Shown here one piece after another: positions 22,447 to 35,945 of a stretch of 64,000 nt of DNA. A program made the position numbers and the translations under genes. The stretch comes from Tubulanus polymorphus. Its lineage: Eukaryota; Animalia; Nemertea. Every line of letters starts with the position of its first letter. Position 1 is the stretch's first letter. The notes beneath the pieces are model-generated. The model made no database searches, was not told the DNA's origin, and worked only from the letters and a program-made list of their open reading frames with translations. The stretch covers positions 6,510,001 through 6,574,000 of the forward strand of contig NC_134035.1 in NCBI RefSeq assembly GCF_964204645.1, given 5' to 3'.

Positions 22447-25400
22447 GCCTGGACAATTCACCATTTTGGTTTTGTCGCCCGCGACAATTCATTATTTTGG
22501 TTTTGTCGCCCGCGACAATTCATTATTTTGGTTTTGTCGCCCGAGACAATTCATTATTTTAGGTTTATCGCCCGTGACAATTCATTATTTTGGTTTTGTC
22601 GCCCGCGACAATTCATTATTTTGGTTTTGTCGCCCGAGACAATTCATTATTTTAGGTTTATCGCCCGTGACAATTCATTATTTTGGTTTTATCGCCGGCG
22701 ACAATTCATTATTTTGGTTTTGTCGCCTGGACAATTCACCATTTTGGTTTTGTCGCCCGCGACAATTCAATATTTTGGTTTTGTCGCCCGCGACAATTCA
22801 ATATTTTGGTTTTGTCGCCCGCGACAATTCATTATTTTTAGTTTTATCGCCCGCGACAATTCATTATTTTGGTTTTGTCGCGCCGACAATTCTTTTTTTG
22901 GTTTTGTCGCCCGCGACAATTCATTAGTTTGGTTTTGTCACCCGCGATAATGCATTATTTTGGTTTTATCGCCCGTAACAATTCTTTATTTTGGTTTTGT
23001 CGCCCGAGACAATTCATTAGTTTGGTTTTGTCGCCCGCGACAATTCATTATTTTGGTTTTGTCGCGCGAGACAATTCATTATTTTAGTTTTATCGCCCGT
23101 GACAATTCATTATTTTGGTTTTATCGCCGGCGACAATTCATTATTTTGGTTTTGTCGCTCGGACAATTCACCATTTTGGTTTTGTCGCCCGCGACAATTC
23201 ATTATTTTGGTTTTGTCGCACCGACAATTCTTTTTTTGGTTTTGTCGCCCGCGACAATTCATTAGTTTGGTTTTGTCACCCGCGATAATTCATTATTTGG
23301 TTTTATCGCCCGTGACAATTCTTTATTTTGGTTTTGTCGCCCGAGACAATTCATTATTTTGGTTTTATCGCCGGCGACAATTCATTATTTTGGTTTTGTC
23401 GCCTGGACAATTCACCATTTTGGTTTTGTCGCCCGCGACAATTCATTATTTTGGTTTTGTCGCCCCGACAATTCTTTTTCTGGTTTTGTCGCCCGCGACA
23501 ATTCATTAGTTTGGTTTTGTCGCCCGCGACATTCAATATTTTGGTTTTATCGCCCACGACAATTCATTACTTTGGTTTTATCTCCAGCGACAATTCATTA
23601 TTTTAGTTTTATCGCCCGTGACAATTCATTATTTTGGTTTTATCGCCGGCGACAATTCATTATTTTGGTTTTGTCGCCTGGACAATTCACCATTTTGGTT
23701 TTGTCGCCCGCGACAATTCATTATTTTGGTTTTGTCGCCCCGACAATTCTTTTTTTGGTTTTGTCGCCCGCGACAATTCATTAGTTTGGTTTTGTCGCCC
23801 GCGACAATCAATATTTTGGTTTTATCGCACACGACAATTCATTACTTTGGTTTTATCTCCAGCGACAATTCATTATTTTGGTTTTGTCGCCCACGACAAT
23901 TCTTTTTTTTTGGTTTTGTCGCCCGCGACGGTTCATTATTTTTGTTGTATCGCCCGCGACAATTCATTATTACGGTTTTATCGCCCGCGACAATTCATTA
24001 TTTTGGTTTTATCACCCGCGACAATTCAATATTTTGGTTTTGTCGCCCGCGACTATTCAATATTTTGGTTTTGTCGCCCGCGACAATTCATTATTTTCAG
24101 TTTTATCGCCTTCGACAATTCATTATTTTGGTTTTGTCGCGCCGACAATTCTTTTTTTGGTTTTGTCGTCCGCGACAATTCAAGATTTTGGTTTTGTCGC
24201 CCGTGACAATTCATTATTTTGGTTTTATCGCCGGCGATAATTCATTATTTTGGTTTTGTCGCCTGGACAATTCACCATTTTGGTTTTGTCGCCCGCGACA
24301 ATTCATTATTTTGGTTATGTCGCCCCGACAATTCTTTTTTTGGTTTTGTCGCCCGCGACAATTCATTAGTTTGGTTTTGTCGCCCGCGACAATCAATATT
24401 TTGGTTTTATCGCCCACGACAATTCATTACTTTGGTTTTATCTCCAGCGACAATTCATTATTTTGGTTTTGTCGCCCACGACAATTCTTTATTTTGGTTT
24501 TGTCGCCCGAGACAATTCATTATTTTGGTTTTATCGCCGGCGACAATTCATTATTTTGGTTTTGTCGCCTGGACAATTCACCATTTTGGTTTTGTCGCCC
24601 GCGACAATTCATTATTTTGGTTTTGTCGCCCCGACAATTCTTTTTTTGGTTTTGTCGCCCGCGACAATTCATTAGTTTGGTTTTGTCGCCCGCGACATTC
24701 AATATTTTGGTTTTATCGCCCACGACAATTCATTACTTTGGTTTTATCTCCAGCGACAATTCATTATTTTAGTTCTATCGCCCGTGACAATTCATTATTT
24801 TGGTTTTATCGCCGGCGACAATTCATTATTTTGGTTTTGTCGCCTGGACAATTCACCATTTTGGTTTTGTCGCCCGCGACAATTCATTATTTTGGTTTTG
24901 TCGCCCCGACAATTCTTTTTTTGGTTTTGTCGCCCGCGACAATTCATTAGTTTGGTTTTGTCGCCCGCGACAATCAATATTTTGGTTTTATCGCCCACGA
25001 CAATTCATTACTTTGGTTTTATCTCCAGCGACAATTCATTATTTTGGTTTTGTCGCCCACGACAATTCTTTTTTTTTGGTTTTGTCGCCCGCGACAATTC
25101 ATTATTTTGGTTTTATCGCCCGCGATAATTCATTATTTTGGTTTTGTCGCCTGAGAAAATTCATTATTTTTGTTGTATCGCCCGCGACAATTCATTATTA
25201 CGGTTTTATCGCCCGCGACAATTCATTATTTTGGTTTTATCACCCGCGACAATTCAATATTTTGGTTTTGTCGCCCGCGACTATTCAATATTTTGGTTTT
25301 GTCGCCCGCGACAATTCATTATTTTCAGTTTTATCGCCTTCGACAATTCATTATTTTGGTTTTGTCGCGCCGACAATTCTTTTTTTGGTTTCGTCGCCCG

Positions 25401-28400
25401 CGACAATTCAAGATTTTGGTTTTGTCGCCCGTGACAATTCATTATTTTGGTTTTATCGCCGGCGATATTTCATTATTTTGGTTTTGTCGCCTGGACAATT
25501 CACCATTTTGGTTTTGTCGCCCGCGACAATTCATTATTTTGGTTATGTCGCCCCGACAATTCTGTTTTTGGTTTTGTCGCCCGCGACAATTCATTAGTTT
25601 GGTATTGTCGCCCGCGACAATCAATATTTTGGTTTTATCGCCCACGACAATTCATTACTTTGGTTTTATCTCCAGCGACAATTCATTATTTTGGTTTTGT
25701 CGCCCACGACAATTCATTAATTTGGTTTTGTCGCCCGCGACAATCAATATTTTGGTTTTATCGCACACGACAATTCATTACTTTGGTTTTATCTCCAACG
25801 ACAATTCATTAATTTGTTTTTGTCGCCTCGACAATTTTTTTTTTGGTTTTGTCGCCCGCGACAATTCATTAGTTTGGTTTTGTCGCCCGCGACAATTCAA
25901 TATTTTGGTTTTGTCGCCCGCGACAATTCAATATTTTGGTTTTATCGCCCGCGACAATTCAATATTTTGGTTTTATCGCCCGCGACAATTCAATATTTTG
26001 GTTTTATCGCTCGCGACAATTCATTATTTTGGTTTTGTCGCCCGCGACAATTCATTAGTTTGGTTTTGTCGCCCGCGACATTCAATATTTTGGTTTTATC
26101 GCCCACGACAATTCATTACTTTGGTTTTATCTCCAGCGACAATTCATTATTTTAGTTCTATCGCCTGTGACAATTCATTATTTTGGTTTTATCGCCGGCG
26201 ACAATTCATTATTTTGGTTTTGTCGCCTGGACAATTCACCATTTTGGTTTTGTCGCCCCGACAATTCTTTTTTTGGTTTTGTCGCCCGCGACAATTCATT
26301 AGTTTGGTTTTGTCGCCCGCGACAATCAATATTTTGGTTTTATCGCCCACAACAATTCATTACTTTGGTTTTATCTCCAGCGACAATTCATTATTTTGGT
26401 TTTGTCGCCCACGACAATTCTTTTTTTTTGGTTTTGTCGCCCGCGACAATTCATTATTTTGGTTTTATCGCCCGCGATAATTCATTATTTTGGTTTTGTC
26501 GCCTGAGAAAATTCATTATTTTTGTTGTATCGCCCGCGACAATTCATTATTACGGTTTTATCGCCCGCGACAATTCATTATTTTGGTTTTATCACCCGCG
26601 ACAATTCAATATTTTGGTTTTGTCGCCCGCGACTATTCAATATTTTGGTTTTGTCGCCCGCGACAATTCATTATTTTCAGTTTTATCGCCTTCGACAATT
26701 CATTATTTTGGTTTTGTCGCGCCGACAATTCTTTTTTTGGTTTTGTCGCCCGCGACAATTCAAGATTTTGGTTTTGTCGCCCGTGACAATTCATTATTTT
26801 GGTTTTATCGCTGGCGATATTTCATTATTTTGGTTTTGTCGCCTGGACAATTCACCATTTTGGTTTTGTCGCCCGCGACAATTCATTATTTTGGTTTTAT
26901 CGCTGGCGATATTTCATTATTTTGGTTTTGTCGCCTGGACAATTCACCATTTTGGTTTTGTCGCCCGCGACAATTCATTATTTTGGTTATGTCGCCCCGA
27001 CAATTCTGTTTTTGGTTTTGTCGCCCGCGACAATTCATTAGTTTGGTTTTGTCGCCCGCGACAATCAATATTTTGGTTTTATCGCCCACGACAATTCATT
27101 ACTTTGGTTTTATCTCCAGCGACAATTCATTATTTTGGTTTTGTCGCCCACGACAATTCATTAATTTGGTTTTGTCGCCCGCGACAATCAATATTTTGGT
27201 TTTATCGCACACGACAATTCATTACTTTGGTTTTATCTCCAACGACAATTCATTAATTTGTTTTTGTCGCCTCGACAATTTTTTTTTTGGTTTTGTCGCC
27301 CGCGACAATTAATTAGTTTGGTTTTCTCGCCCGCGACAATTCAATATTTTGGTTTTGTCGCCCGCGACAATTCAATATTTTGGTTTTATCGCCCGCGACA
27401 ATTCAATATTTTGGTTTTATCGCCCGCGACAATTCAATATTTTGGTTTTATCGCTCGCGACAATTCATTATTTTGGTTTTGTCGCCCGCGACGATTCATT
27501 ATTACGGTTTTGTCGCCCGCGACAATTCATTATTTTGGTTTTATCGCCCGCGACAATTCAATATTTTGGTTTTGTCGCCCGCGACTTTTCAATATTTTGG
27601 ATTTGTCGCCCGCGACAATTCATTATTTTTAGTTTTATTGCCTTCGACAATTCATTATTTTGGTTTTGTCGCGCCGACAATTCTTTTTTTGGTTTTGTCG
27701 CCCGCGACAATTCATTAGTTTGGTTTTGTCACCCGCGATAATTCATTATTTTGGTTTTATCTCCAGCGACAATTCATTAATTTGGTTTTGTCGCCTCGAC
27801 AATTCTTTTTTTGGTTTTGTCGCCCGCGACGACAATTCATTAGTTTGGTTTTGTCGCCCGCGACATTTCAAGATTTTGGTTTTGTCGCCCGTGACAATTC
27901 ATTATTTTGGTTTTATCGCCGGCGATAATTCATTATTTTTGTTTTGTCGCCTGGACAATTCACCATTTTGGTTTTGTCGCCCGCGACAATTCATTATTTT
28001 GGTTATGTCGCCCCGACAATTCTTTTTTTGGTTTTGTCGCCCGCGACAATTCATTAGTTTGGTTTTGTCGCCCGCGACAATCAATATTTTGGTTTTATCG
28101 CCCACGACAATTCATTACTTTGTTTTTATCTCCAGCGACAATTCATTATTTTGGTTTTGGCGCCCGCGACAATTCATTAGTTTGGTTTTGTCGCCCGCGA
28201 CAATCAATATTTTGGTTTTATCGCCCACGTCAATTCATTACTTTGGTTTTATCTCCACAGACAATTCATTAATTGGTTTTTGTCGCCTCGACAATTCTTT
28301 TTTTGGTTTTGTCGCCCGCGACAATTCATTAGTTTGGTTTTGTCGCACGCGACAATTCATTATTACGGTTTTATCGCTCGCGACAATTCATTAGTTTGGT

Positions 28401-31400
28401 TTTGTCGCCCGCGACAATCAATATTTTGGTTTTATCGCCCACGACAATTCATTACTTTGTTTTTATCTCCGCGACAATTCAATATTTTGGTTTTGTCGCC
28501 CGCGACTATTCAATATTTTGGTTTTGTCGCCCGCGACAATTCATTATTTTCAGTTTTATCGCCTTCGACAATTCATTATTTTGGTTTTGTCGCGCCGACA
28601 ATTCTTTTTTTGGTTTTGTCGCCCGCGACAATTCAAGATTTTGGTTTTGTCGCCCGTGACAATTCATTATTTTGGTTTTATCGCTGGCGATATTTCATTA
28701 TTTTGGTTTTGTCGCCTGGACAATTCACCATTTTGGTTTTGTCGCCCGCGACAATTCATTATTTTGGTTTTATCGCTGGCGATATTTCATTATTTTGGTT
28801 TTGTCGCCTGGACAATTCACCATTTTGGTTTTGTCGCCCGCGACAATTCATTATTTTGGTTATGTCGCCCCGACAATTCTGTTTTTGGTTTTGTCGCCCG
28901 CGACAATTCATTAGTTTGGTTTTGTCGCCCGCGACAATCAATATTTTGGTTTTATCGCCCACGACAATTCATTACTTTGGTTTTATCTCCAGCGACAATT
29001 CATTATTTTGGTTTTGTCGCCCACGACAATTCATTAATTTGGTTTTGTCGCCCGCGACAATCAATATTTTGGTTTTATCGCACACGACAATTCATTACTT
29101 TGGTTTTATCTCCAACGACAATTCATTAATTTGTTTTTGTCGCCTCGACAATTTTTTTTTTGGTTTTGTCGCCCGCGACAATTAATTAGTTTGGTTTTGT
29201 CGCCCGCGACAATTCAATATTTTGGTTTTGTCGCCCGCGACAATTCAATATTTTGGTTTTATCGCCCGCGACAATTCAATATTTTGGTTTTATCGCCCGC
29301 GACAATTCAATATTTTGGTTTTATCGCTCGCGACAATTCATTATTTTGGTTTTGTCGCCCGCGACGATTCATTATTACGGTTTTGTCGCCCGCGACAATT
29401 CATTATTTTGGTTTTATCGCCCGCGACAATTCAATATTTTGGTTTTGTCGCCCGCGACTTTTCAATATTTTGGATTTGTCGCCCGCGACAATTCATTATT
29501 TTTAGTTTTATTGCCTTCGACAATTCATTATTTTGGTTTTGTCGCGCCGACAATTCTTTTTTTGGTTTTGTCGCCCGCGACAATTCATTAGTTTGGTTTT
29601 GTCACCCGCGATAATTCATTATTTTGGTTTTATCTCCAGCGACAATTCATTAATTTGGTTTTGTCGCCTCGACAATTCTTTTTTTGGTTTTGTCGCCCGC
29701 GACGACAATTCATTAGTTTGGTTTTGTCGCCCGCGACATTTCAAGATTTTGGTTTTGTCGCCCGTGACAATTCATTATTTTGGTTTTATCGCCGGCGATA
29801 ATTCATTATTTTTGTTTTGTCGCCTGGACAATTCACCATTTTGGTTTTGTCGCCCGCGACAATTCATTATTTTGGTTATGTCGCCCCGACAATTCTTTTT
29901 TTGGTTTTGTCGCCCGCGACAATTCATTAGTTTGGTTTTGTCGCCCGCGACAATCAATATTTTGGTTTTATCGCCCACGACAATTCATTACTTTGTTTTT
30001 ATCTCCAGCGACAATTCATTATTTTGGTTTTGGCGCCCGAGACAATTCATTAGTTTGGTTTTGTCGCCCGCGACAATCAATATTTTGGTTTTATCGCCCA
30101 CGTCAATTCATTACTTTGGTTTTATCTCCACAGACAATTCATTAATTGGTTTTTGTCGCCTCGACAATTCTTTTTTTGGTTTTGTCGCCCGCGACAATTC
30201 ATTAGTTTGGTTTTGTCGCACGCGACAATTCATTATTACGGTTTTATCGCTCGCGACAATTCATTAGTTTGGTTTTGTCGCCCGCGACAATCAATATTTT
30301 GGTTTTATCGCCCACGACAATTCATTACTTTGTTTTTATCTCCAGCGACAATTCATTATTTTGGTTTTGGCGCCCGCGACAATTCATTAGTTTGGTTTTG
30401 TCGCCCGCCACAATCAATATTTTGGTTTTATCGCCCACGTCAATTCATTACTTTGGTTTTATCTCCACAGACAATTCATTAATTTGTTTTTGTCGCCTCG
30501 ACAATTCAATATTTTGGTTTTGTCGCCCGCGACAATTCAATATTTTGGTTTTATCGCCCGCGACAATTCATTATTACGGTTTTATCGCTCGCGACATTTC
30601 ATTATTTTGGTTTTGTCGCCCGCGACAATTCATTATTACGGTTTTGTCGCCCGCGACAATTCATTATTACGGTTTTGTCTCCCGGGACAATTCATTATTT
30701 TTAGTTTTATCGCCCGCAACAATTCATTAATTTGTTTTTGTCGCCTCGACAATTTTTTTTTTGGTTTTGTCGCCCGCGACAATTCATTAGTTTGGTTTTG
30801 TCGCCCGCGACAATTCAATATTTTGGTTTTGTCGCCCGCGACAATTCAATATTTTGGTTTTATCGCCCGCGACAATTCAATATTTTGGTTTTATCGCCCG
30901 CGACAATTCAATATTTTGTTTTTATCGTCCGCGACAATTCATTATTTTGGTTTTGTCGCCCGAGACAATTCATTATTTTGGTTTTATCGTCCGCGACAAT
31001 TCAATATTTTGGTTTTATCGCCCGCGACAATTCATTATTTTGGTTTTGTCGCGCCGACAATTCTTTTTTTGGTTTTGTCGCCCACGACAATTCATTAGTT
31101 TGGTTTTGTCACCTGCGATAATTCATTATTTTGGTTTTATCGCCCGCGACAATTCATTATTTTGGTTTTATCGCCCGCGACAATTCATTATTTTGGTTTT
31201 GTCGCCTCGACAATTCATTATTTTTAGTTTTATCGCCCGCGAAAATTCATTATTTTGGTTTTGTCGCGCCGACAATTCTTTTTTTGGTTTTGTCGCCCGC
31301 GACAATTCATTAGTTTGGTTTTGTCACCCGCGATAATTCATTGTTTTGGTTTTATCGCCCGCGACAATTCATTATTTTGGTTATATCGCCCGCGACAATT

Positions 31401-33602
31401 CATTATTTTTGTTTTATCGCCCGCGACAATTCATTATTTTGGTTTTATCGCCCGCGACAATTCATTACTTTGGTTTTATCGCCCGCGACAATTCATTATT
31501 TTGGTTTTATCGCCCGCGACAATTCATTATTTTGGTTTTATCGCCCGCGACAATTCATTATTTTGGTTTTATCGCCCGCGACAATTCATTATTTTGGTTT
31601 TGTCGCCTCGACAATTCATTATTTTTAGTTTTATCGCCCGCGAAAATTCATTATTTTGGTTTTGTCGCGCCGACAATTCTTTTTTTGGTTTTGTCGCCCG
31701 CGACAATTCATTAGTTTGGTTTTGTCACCCGCGATAATTCATTATTTTGGTTTTATCGCCCGTGACAATTCTTTATTTTGGTTTTGTCGCGACAATTCAT
31801 TAGTCTGGTTTTGTCGCCCGCGACAATTCAATATTTTGGTTTTGTCGCCTGCGACAATTCATTACTTTGTTTTAACCCCAGCGACAATTCATTATTTTGC
31901 TTTTGTCGCCCACGACAATTCTTCTTTTTGGTTTTGTCGCCCGCGACAATTCATTATTTTGGTTTTATATTTTGTTTTAGTCGCCCACGACAATTTTTTT
32001 TTTGGTTTTGTTGCCCACGACAATTCAATATTTTGGTTTTATCGCCCGCGATAATTCATTATTTTGGTTTTTTCGCCCGCGACAATTCATTATTTTGGTT
32101 TTGTCGCCCAAGACAATTCATCATTTTGGTTTTATCGCCCGCGACAATTCATTATTTTGGTTTTGTCGCCCGCGACAATTCACATTTTGGTTTTGTCGCC
32201 TGGAAAATTCACCATTTTGGTTTTGTCACCCGCGACAATTCATTATTTTGGTTTTGTTGCCCCCACAATTCTTTTTTTGGTTTTGTCGCCCGCGACAATT
32301 CATTATTTTGGTTTTTCGCCTGCGACAATTCACCATTTTGGTTTTATCGCCTGGACAATTCACCATTTTGGTTTTGTCGCCCGCGACAATTCATTATTTT
32401 GGTTTTGTCGCTCCCACAATTCTTTTTTAGGTTTTGTCGCCCGCGACAATTCAATATTTTGGTTTTGTCGCCCGCGACAATTCATTATTTTGGTTTAATC
32501 GCCCGCGACAATTCATTATTTTTAGTTTTATCGCCCGCGATAATTCATTATTTTGGTTTTATCGCCCGCGACAATTCATTATTTTGGTTTTATCGCCCGC
32601 GACAATTCATTATTTTGGTTTTATCGCCCGCGACAATTCATTATTTTGGTTTTATCGCCCGCGACAATTCATTATTTTGGTTTTATCGCCCGCGACAATT
32701 CATTATTTTGGTTTTATCGCCCGCGACAATTCATTATTTTGGTTTTATCGCCCGCGACAATTCATTATTTTGGTTTTATCGCCCGCGACAATTCATTATT
32801 TTGGTTTTATCGCCCGCGACAATTCATTATTTTGGTTTTATCGCCCGCGACAATTCATTATTTTGGTTTTATCGCCCGCGACAATTCATTATTTTGGTTT
32901 TATCGCCCACGACAATTCACTACTTTGGTTTTATCGCCAGCGACAATTGATTATTTTCGTTTTGTCGCCCGCGACAATTTTTTTTTTGGTTTTGTCCCCC
33001 GCGACAATTCAATATTTTGGTTTTATCGCCTGCGACAATTCAATATTTTGGTTTTATCGCCCGCGATAATTCATTATTTTGGTTTTGTCGCCCGAGACAA
33101 TTCATTATTTTGGTTTTGTCGCCCGAGACAATTCATTATTTTGGTTTTGTTGCCCGCGACAATTCACCATTTTGGTTTTGTCACCCGCGACAATTCATTA
33201 TTTTGGTTTTATCGCCTGCGACAATTCATTACTTTGGTTTTATCTCCAGCGACAATTCATTATTTTGGTTTTGTCGCCCCAACAATTCTTTTTTTGGTTT
33301 TGTCGCCGGCGACAATTCATTAGTCTGGTTTTGTCGCCCGCGACAATTCAATTCTTTGGTTTTGTCGCCCGCGACAATTCAATATTTTGGTTTTTTCGCC
33401 TGCGACATTTCATTATTTTGGTTTTATCGCCCGCGATAATTCATTATTTTGGTTTTGTCCCGCGACAATTCATTATTTTGGTTTTGTCGCCCGAGACAAT
33501 TCATCATTTTGGTTTTATCGCCCGCGACAAAATCATTATTTTGGTTTTGTCGCCCGCGACAATTCACCATTTTAGTTTTGTCGCCTGGACAATTCACCAT
33601 TT

Positions 33603-34488
33603 TCGATCTGACTCAAGATGGCCTTCCTATGACCTTTTTAGTGCCCAAAAATGTCAATTTTGGCCAGAATTCTAGGTCCTGTAGCTTCCTACTGGTTTGC
33701 CATTTCTCATTGCAATTGCTGATGGATATTCTTTAGAGAGGGATGTTTTATACCTGGGACAGGTATTTTTGATCAGCCAATTATGACGCAATTGGCGGCC
33801 ATCTTGGTGTCATCAGTACTCATTCGTAGGTGGGAAAGTTTTTCCACAATTAATCGATACCTAAGCATATTGGATATTCAATTGGAAAGTTGTAGCCCAT
33901 AACGTGTTCTATGATTTTGGTGAGTTTCAAGGTCATTGGTTTTTGTATGTGGCCATCAGGGGGCGTTGAATAATACAATAACTTAGTATCGCTATATTAT
34001 ATTTGTACCAAGGCATATTTTGTTACCATGATCAATGGCAAAATTGTAGTTCATGACATCGTCTATGATTGTGGTGAGTTTTTAAGGACATTAGTTATTC
34101 CATATAGTCACCAGGGGGCGTTGAATAGTAGAAAAGCTTAGTTTTTCCTTATTAGATTGGTACCTAGGCATATTTTGTTACTATGATCAATTGCAAAGTT
34201 GTAGTTCATGACATCGTCTATGATTGTGGTGAGTTTTTAAGGACATTAGTTATTCCATATAGTCACCAGGGGGCGTTGAATAGTAGAATGGCTTAGTATT
34301 TCCATATTAAATTGGTAACGAGGCATATTTTGTTATCACAATCAATTACAAAATCAAAGCTGCTCACATGTTCTATGATTGTGGTGGCTTTCAATGTCAT
34401 TGGTTTTTGTATATGGTCACTAGAGGGCGTTATGTATTGAAATTGTTAGATTGTCCCAAGTGAGCACGGTGTCCCTGGACCCCTAGTT
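33603..34488 (+). mobile_element. HINE family 2 long fragment, duplicate of 17172-18057
   Basis: Same sequence and junctions at an offset of 16431 bp. Confidence 0.9.
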
Positions 34489-35450
34489 TGGTTTTGTCAA
34501 TTCATTATTTTGGTTTTGTCGCACGCAACAATTCAATATTTTGTTTTTGTCGTCCGCAACAATTCCTTATTTTGGTTTTATCGCCTGCGACAATTCAATA
34601 TTTTGGTTTTAACGCCCGCGTCAATTCATTATTGTGGTTTTACCGCCCGCAACAATTCATTATTACGGTTTTGTCGCCCGCGACAATTCATTATTTTGGT
34701 TTTATCGCCCGCGATTATTCAATATTTTGGTTTTGTCGCCCGCGACAATTCATTATTTTTAGTTTTATCGCCTTCGACAATTCATTATTTTGGTTTTGTC
34801 GCGCCGACAATTCTTTTTTTGGTTTTGTCGCCCGCGACAATTCATTAGTTTGGTTTTGTCACCCGCGATAATTCAATATTTTGGTTTTATCGCCCGCGAC
34901 AATTCATTATTTTTAGTTTTATCGCCTTCGACAATTCATTATTTTGGTTTTGTCGCGCCGACAATTCTTTTTTTGGTTTTGTCGCCCGCGATAATTCATA
35001 AGTTTGGTTTTGTTACCCGCGATAATTCATTATTTTGGTTTTATCGCCCACGACAATTCATTACTTTGGTTTTATCTCCAACGACGATTCATTAATTTGG
35101 TTTTGTCGCCCGCGACAATTCATTAGTTTGGTTTTGTCACCTGCGATAATTCATTATTTTGGTTTTATCACCCGCGACAATTCATTATTTTGGTTTTATC
35201 GCCCGTGACAATTCATTATTTTGGTTTGATCGCCGGCGACAATTCATTATTTTGGTTTTGTCGCCTGGACAATTCACCATTTTGGTTTTGTCGCCGGCGA
35301 CAATTCATTATTTTGGTTTTGTCGCCTCGACAATTCTTTTTTTGGTTTTGTCGCCCGCGACAATTCATTAGTTTGGTTTTATCGCCCACGACAATTCTTT
35401 ACTTTGGTTTTATCTCCAGCGACAATTCATTATTTTTGTTTTGTCGCCCG

Positions 35451-35945
35451 AAAAAAATTTTGAAGACGCTTTGATCAATTACCTTGATCTTTCGTTTATA
35501 TTTGAATCAGGGCCCATCAGCATAACAAAAATTGGGTCGATCTGACTCAAGATGGCCGCCCTATGACCTTTTTAGTGCCCAAAAATGTCAATTTTGGCCA
35601 GAATTCTAGGTCCTGTAGCTTCCTACTGGTTTGCCATTTCTCATTGCAATTGCTGATGGATATTCTTTAGAGAGGGATGTTTTATACCTGGGACAGGTAT
35701 TTTTGATCAGCCAATTATGACGCAATTGGCGGCCATCTTGGTGTCATCAGTACTCATTCGTAGGTGGGAAAAAGGATTAATTGATACCTAAGCATATTGT
35801 GTTGAATAATACAATAACATAGTATCGCTATATTATATTTGTAGGAAGGCATATTTTGTTACCATGATCAATGGCAAAGTTGTAGTTCATGACATCGTCT
35901 ATGATTGTGGTGAGTTTTGAAGGACATTAGTTATTCCATATAGTC
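35451..35945 (+). mobile_element. HINE family 2 short fragment, duplicate of 21952-22446
   Basis: Same sequence and junctions at an offset of 13499 bp. Confidence 0.9.
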
